From positions 210,972 through 272,689 of the forward strand of contig JAMLIC010000006.1 of assembly GCA_023954375.1 (NCBI GenBank): DNA of 61,718 nucleotides, written 5' to 3'. The stretch's first letter is position 1. Every line of letters starts with the position of its first letter. The DNA comes from Planctomycetota bacterium. Lineage in GTDB: Bacteria > Planctomycetota > J058. Made by a program: the position numbers and the translations under genes. The notes under the pieces were generated by a model. The model did not search any database, had not been told where the DNA came from, and was given only the letters and a program-made list of their open reading frames with translations. Positions 57,841 to 61,718 of the stretch are shown one piece after another.

Positions 57841-59763
57841 ATGAACCCGTCCAACCAGTCGTTCAGGGACGACCTCGAGGCCAAGCTCGCGGCGGTCGAG
57901 CGGGTCCTCCGCGCGGCGCACCTGGAGCCGGGGCGCAGGGACGGGGCGGTGCGTCGGCTGGCCCGCCTGCTCGGGGCGTCGGCGCACGCGCACGGCCTGA
58001 GCGACGTGTGCCGGGCCGCCGACGAGGTGGAGCACGCGCCGCCCTTCGCGCTGCCCCGGGCGGCCGAGCGGCTGCTGGTCGTGCTGCGCCGGGTGGTCGC
58101 CGACCCCGCCCTGCGGCGGGCGTGCCTCCTCATCCTGAGCCAAGAGGCCGCCCGGCGGCAGGAGCTCACGCAGCACCTCGCCCGCCCGGGGCGCGAGGTG
58201 CTCGGGGTGGGGACCCTCGCCGAGGCGGAGCGGCTGCTCGCGGCCAAGGAGGTCGCGGCGCTCGTGATCGAGGTCGAGCCGGGGGCCCAGGGGGAGGGGC
58301 TGGCCCTGGTCGAGCGGCTGCGGGCGCGCCCGCGCGAGGCGCTCCTCCCGGTGATCGCGCTGTGCGCCCCCGAGGACCGCGCGGCCTGCTACACGCGCGG
58401 CGCCGACACGGCGATCGGGGCGCCGCAGGCGCCCGAGGTCGTGACGGCGGCCGTCGACGCCGCCCTGCGGCGCGCCGAGGCCACGGCGCGGGCCTGCCGC
58501 AAGGACCCGCTCACGGGGCTCCTGAACCACGCCGGGCTCGTCGAGGCGTTCGCGCGCATGAGCGTGTCCATGGCGCGCTCCGGCGACCCGCTGTCGCTCG
58601 CGGTCCTCGAGGTCGACGACGCGCTCCGCGTGCAGGAGACCTACGGGCCCCGCGCCGTCGAGGAGGCCCTCCGGCACCTCGCGGCGGTCCTCTCGGGCGT
58701 CCTGCGGCGCGACGACCTGCTCGCCAGCTGGGAGGACGACCGCCTCGTGGCCCTCCTGCCGGGGCCCGCCCACGGCGCCGTGCGGGCCCTGCAGAAGGCG
58801 GTCAAGGCGCTGCGGTCACGCCCGTTCGAGCACCGGTCGATGGTCATCCCGCTCGGCTTCTCGGCCGGCGTGGCGGAGGTCGTGCCGCCCGCCGCGCTCG
58901 ACGAGGTCGTGGCCGAGGCGGAGCGCCGGCTGTGGCTCGGGCGCGTCGGCGGGCGCGCCGGCTGCGTGCACGCCGACGCGGCGGAGCCGGCCGGCGCGCG
59001 CCCGCGCGTGCTCCTGGCCATGCAGGACGTGACGCGCGCGGCCGAGGCGGCCCACCGGCTCGAGCGCGAGGGCTTCGACGTGGTGCGCGAGGTCGACGGC
59101 GCGGCGGCGCTCAAGGCGGCGCGCCGCGACGACCTCGCCGCCTGCGTCCTCGAGGCCCGCCTCCCGGTGCGCGACGGGTTCCAGGTGCTCGAGCGCCTGC
59201 GGCGCGGCCCGGTCGCGGCGCGCCTGCCGGTGCTGCTGGTCACGGCGGCCGGCCGCGAGGCGGACGTGGCCAAGGGCTTCGAGCTCGGCGCGGACGACCA
59301 GATCGGCACCCCCTTCTCGACGACCGAGCTCGTGGTCCGCGTGCGGCGGCTCCTCAAGCGCCGCCCGCCGACGGCGCGCCTCGAGGCCGACCAGGCGGGC
59401 GGCGTCGTCGGCTCGTTCGTGGGCGACCAGCTGGTCGAGTTCATCCAGATGCTCGGGATCTCGGGCAAGACCGGCGTGGTGCGGGTGTCGTGCGACACCT
59501 TCTCGGGCGCGCTCTACATCGAGCACGGCAAGCTGGTGAGCGCGTCGACCTCGCTGGGCTCGCCGGCGCTCGAGGCCGCGTTCGAGGTGGTCCTCTCGCC
59601 GCACGGCCGCTTCGCGTTCGAGCCGGGGCTGCCGCTCGGCGTGCGCCGGGACATCGGCCTGTCGACCGACGTGTTCCTGCTCGAGGCGCTGCGGCGACGC
59701 GACGAAGCCCTACGGTTGATCGCGCCTACGACGAACGATGCCGGCCGCCGCCGTCCGGTGTGA
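57841..59763 (+). CDS. multi-domain signalling protein: receiver-like domain, degenerate GGDEF domain (GFSAG), second receiver domain and DUF4388
   Basis: DPLTGLLNHAGL...GFSAGVAE (GGDEF-like with the motif lost). REC motifs PVLLVTAAG. DUF4388 LVEFIQMLGISGKTGVVRV. The last 15 codons lie inside the repeat unit. Confidence 0.65.
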   Translation: MNPSNQSFRDDLEAKLAAVERVLRAAHLEPGRRDGAVRRLARLLGASAHAHGLSDVCRAADEVEHAPPFALPRAAERLLVVLRRVVADPALRRACLLILSQEAARRQELTQHLARPGREVLGVGTLAEAERLLAAKEVAALVIEVEPGAQGEGLALVERLRARPREALLPVIALCAPEDRAACYTRGADTAIGAPQAPEVVTAAVDAALRRAEATARACRKDPLTGLLNHAGLVEAFARMSVSMARSGDPLSLAVLEVDDALRVQETYGPRAVEEALRHLAAVLSGVLRRDDLLASWEDDRLVALLPGPAHGAVRALQKAVKALRSRPFEHRSMVIPLGFSAGVAEVVPPAALDEVVAEAERRLWLGRVGGRAGCVHADAAEPAGARPRVLLAMQDVTRAAEAAHRLEREGFDVVREVDGAAALKAARRDDLAACVLEARLPVRDGFQVLERLRRGPVAARLPVLLVTAAGREADVAKGFELGADDQIGTPFSTTELVVRVRRLLKRRPPTARLEADQAGGVVGSFVGDQLVEFIQMLGISGKTGVVRVSCDTFSGALYIEHGKLVSASTSLGSPALEAAFEVVLSPHGRFAFEPGLPLGVRRDIGLSTDVFLLEALRRRDEALRLIAPTTNDAGRRRPV

Positions 59764-60064
59764 TCGCGCCTACGACGAACGATGCCGGGCGGCGCCGTCC
59801 GTCGTAGCGCCGCGCGGGGCGGGGCGCGACGACCGCTCGGGCTCCCTCGGCGGCCAGGAGGCCGCCATCGGTCGCCTGGTGTGATCGCGCCTGCGACGAA
59901 CGATGCCGGGCGCTGCCGTTCGTCGGGGCCGACTGCGTCGGCCCCGACCGCTCAGGCTCTCTCGGCGGCCAGGAGGCCGCCTTCGGTCGCCTTCGCGCGG
60001 CATCGCCTCGGCCTCGTTCGTCTCGGCTGAGGCTCTGGCTGCGTCTCGCGCCGTGTGGTGTGCT
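59716..60064 (+). repeat. tandem array (one partial plus two full copies) of a ~120-bp hairpin-bearing repeat unit; the distal part of the last copy forms the left arm of an inverted repeat
   Basis: Units begin tgatcgcgcct(a/g)cgacgaacgatgccgg at 59716, 59760 and 59881. Each contains the cgacgaacg...cgttcgtcg stem. Confidence 0.7.
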
Positions 60065-60194
60065 CGGGGGCGCCGGGGCGTTCAGGCTGCGTGGGGCGGC
60101 GCCTGCGACGGCGTGATGAGACGCGGCCTGCGGCGCGCCGAGCGGGCGCCGCAGGCCGTGTGTGTGCGGGCGCCCCAGAGGTCCGAGTCAGCGA

Positions 60195-61276
60195 TCAGTA
60201 CGGGCCGTGGGGCTCGTCGTCGTCGAGGTCCTCGTCGCCGACGTCCTGCTCGTCGTCCTCGCGGTCTTCGACGTCCTCGCCGAGGTCCGCGTCGTCGCCG
60301 ATCTCCTCGTCGGCGGCGCCCTCGTCGCCGATGTCGCGGGCGTCGACGTCGGGGCGCTCGTCGGGGGGCGTGACCTGCTGGAGCGCGTAGGCGTAGTGCG
60401 TGGTCACGCGCTTGCCGCGGCCGTCCTCGCGGACGATGCGGGTGCCGGTGGCCTCGAGCCAGGTCAGGCGGCCGGCATCGTCGATCGCGAAGGCGTACTC
60501 GGGGGCCGGGGTGTCGCCGGTGACGTCGAAGGTCATCCGGAACTCGGCGCCGGCGTCGCCGCGGCCGACGTAGCGGACCTTGCCGGTGGGGAGGGCGCCG
60601 GTCGCGGGGACCCGGGCCTCGAAGCCGTCCTCGATGGCGTCGCCGGCGCGCAGCCGCTCCATGACCACGCGCACGGGCGCGCTCCCCTCGTTGTTGCTGC
60701 GCACGAGCCAGGCCTCGAGGCGCTGGCTCCAGCGCTCGACCATCCACGGCCCGAACCGCCGCAGGAACCAGCGGCGCGCCGGGCGGTCGCCGGCCATGTC
60801 GCGGGCGACCCGCGCGTAGAGCTGCTTGATCGTGCGCTCCTGCCCGGTCACCGCGAGCAGGCGCCACGTCGGGTCGAACTCGTAGGTCCAGGTGCGGGCG
60901 AACTCCAGCTCGCGCTGGCCGATGCGGATCGTCTGCAGGTCGTCGTCGTCGTAGGTGATGCGCGTCTCGACGTTCGGCGCGACGGCGTGCATGCGCCAGC
61001 CCGTGAGCGTCGAGCGCAGGGCGAACCCCTGCGGCCGGTCGAGCACCTCGGCCGACTCGGTCCACACGATCGTCGTCGTCTCCTCCTCGCCCTCGCGCCC
61101 GAGCGGCGCCTCGACGGTGCGCATCTCCGTGCGCGCCCGCCAGGTCTCGCCCGGCTGGAAGCGCTCGTCGATGCGGAAGGCGTCGCCCTCCTGCGCCGCG
61201 GCCCCACCGGCGCAGCAGAGCGCCAGGGTCGCGACGGAGAGGCGGGCGCGCGCGGTGATCCAACGTGAAGACATGG
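60195..61276 (-). CDS. secreted protein with a highly acidic C-terminal tail
   Basis: ATG with a GGAGAGG RBS. Signal peptide LSVATLALCCAGGAAAQE. C-terminal DEGAADEEIGDDADLGEDVEDREDDEQDVGDEDLDDDE. Confidence 0.55.
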
Positions 61277-61540
61277 GCCTCTCCTTCCCCCGCCGACCTT
61301 CGCGGGCGGCACGCTGGGCCGTGCAAGCACCGCGCCCACTCCGGCGCCGCCAGGCGAGCCCGCGTCCCGCGCCCCCGCCGCCCCGCAGGGGACACGCGCG
61401 TCCCGCGCTGACGGGTGTTCGCGCCTCCTGGCGCTCGCCGCTCGCCTGCAACGCCACGCCCCACGACGGCTCATGTCTGGACGCCCTCGGGCGCCGTCCG
61501 GTGGGCACCCCACCCGCCCGCCCCTCGACGCCCCCCCCGC

Positions 61541-61664
61541 CTTCGAGCACACCACGCGGCGCGAGGCGCAGCCAGAGCCTCAGCCGAGACGAACGAGGAC
61601 GAGGCGAGGCCGCGCGAAGGCGACCGAAGGCGGCCGCCTGGCCGCCGAGGACGCCTGAGCGGTC
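61541..61664 (-). repeat. inverted copy (~93% identical) of the 59945..60068 segment; right arm of the inverted repeat flanking the 60195..61276 gene
   Basis: The reverse complement aligns base for base with the left arm, about 116 of 124 positions identical. Confidence 0.7.
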
Positions 61665-61718
61665 GAGGGGGGCCGCCCCCCCCCCCCCCGCCCCGCCCCC
61701 CCGCCCCCCCCCCCGGGG
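61665..61718. other. poly-C/G low-complexity tract at the window end
   Basis: gggggccgcccccccccccccgccccgcccccccgccccccccccc; possibly a contig-end or assembly artefact. Confidence 0.4.

Noticed and set aside
54595-59763. 1722-aa plus-strand ORF
   Set aside because: Only the C-terminal 640 aa from the ATG at 57841, preceded by a GGGGG-rich RBS region, show receiver, GGDEF-like and DUF4388 domains. The upstream part is antisense to the kinase gene.

Overview
This is a 61.7-kb window of very GC-rich (~70%+) bacterial chromosome. It looks like Myxococcota: many lipoproteins, TPR and HEAT-repeat proteins, a Ser/Thr kinase fused to an FGE domain, a DUF4388 response regulator, GGDEF proteins, and GTGA/ATGA start-stop overlaps. 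Because of the GC content, most of the long six-frame ORFs are stop-poor artefacts; I call real genes where the translation carries recognisable family motifs. No tRNA, rRNA, CRISPR array or transposase/integrase gene was found.

Core genes:
- A partial cell-wall/division cluster on the minus strand: ftsQ, ddl, and a murC-murB reading frame with no stop between the two domains.
- gltB, mgtE, an EF-G paralog, tag and a class I/II aminotransferase.
- RtcB RNA ligase carrying a 510-aa LAGLIDADG intein at its catalytic Cys, with its activator archease directly upstream.

Signalling genes: two GGDEF-type proteins, a histidine kinase, a Ser/Thr kinase fused to an FGE domain, and a multi-domain response regulator.

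Accessory content and the best candidate for a new system:
- An 11-gene plus-strand cluster (42.3-52.8 kb). It encodes a MotA/TolQ/ExbB-ExbD/TolR proton-channel pair, a TolA/TonB-like Pro-rich membrane protein with a non-TonB C-terminal domain, several TPR and coiled-coil periplasmic proteins or lipoproteins, and a cytoplasmic actin-like ATPase. This looks like an uncharacterised envelope-spanning machine and is the strongest candidate for a new system.
- A radical-SAM/SPASM maturase operon with a Big_2 membrane protein.
- Tandem zinc-ribbon membrane paralogs.
- A 40-aa basic mini-ORF in frame with, and one stop codon away from, a membrane-anchored AAA+ ATPase.
- Two repeat families: a ~195-bp intergenic element in two copies, and a ~120-bp hairpin-bearing unit present as tandem copies plus an inverted copy that together bracket a single secreted-protein gene.
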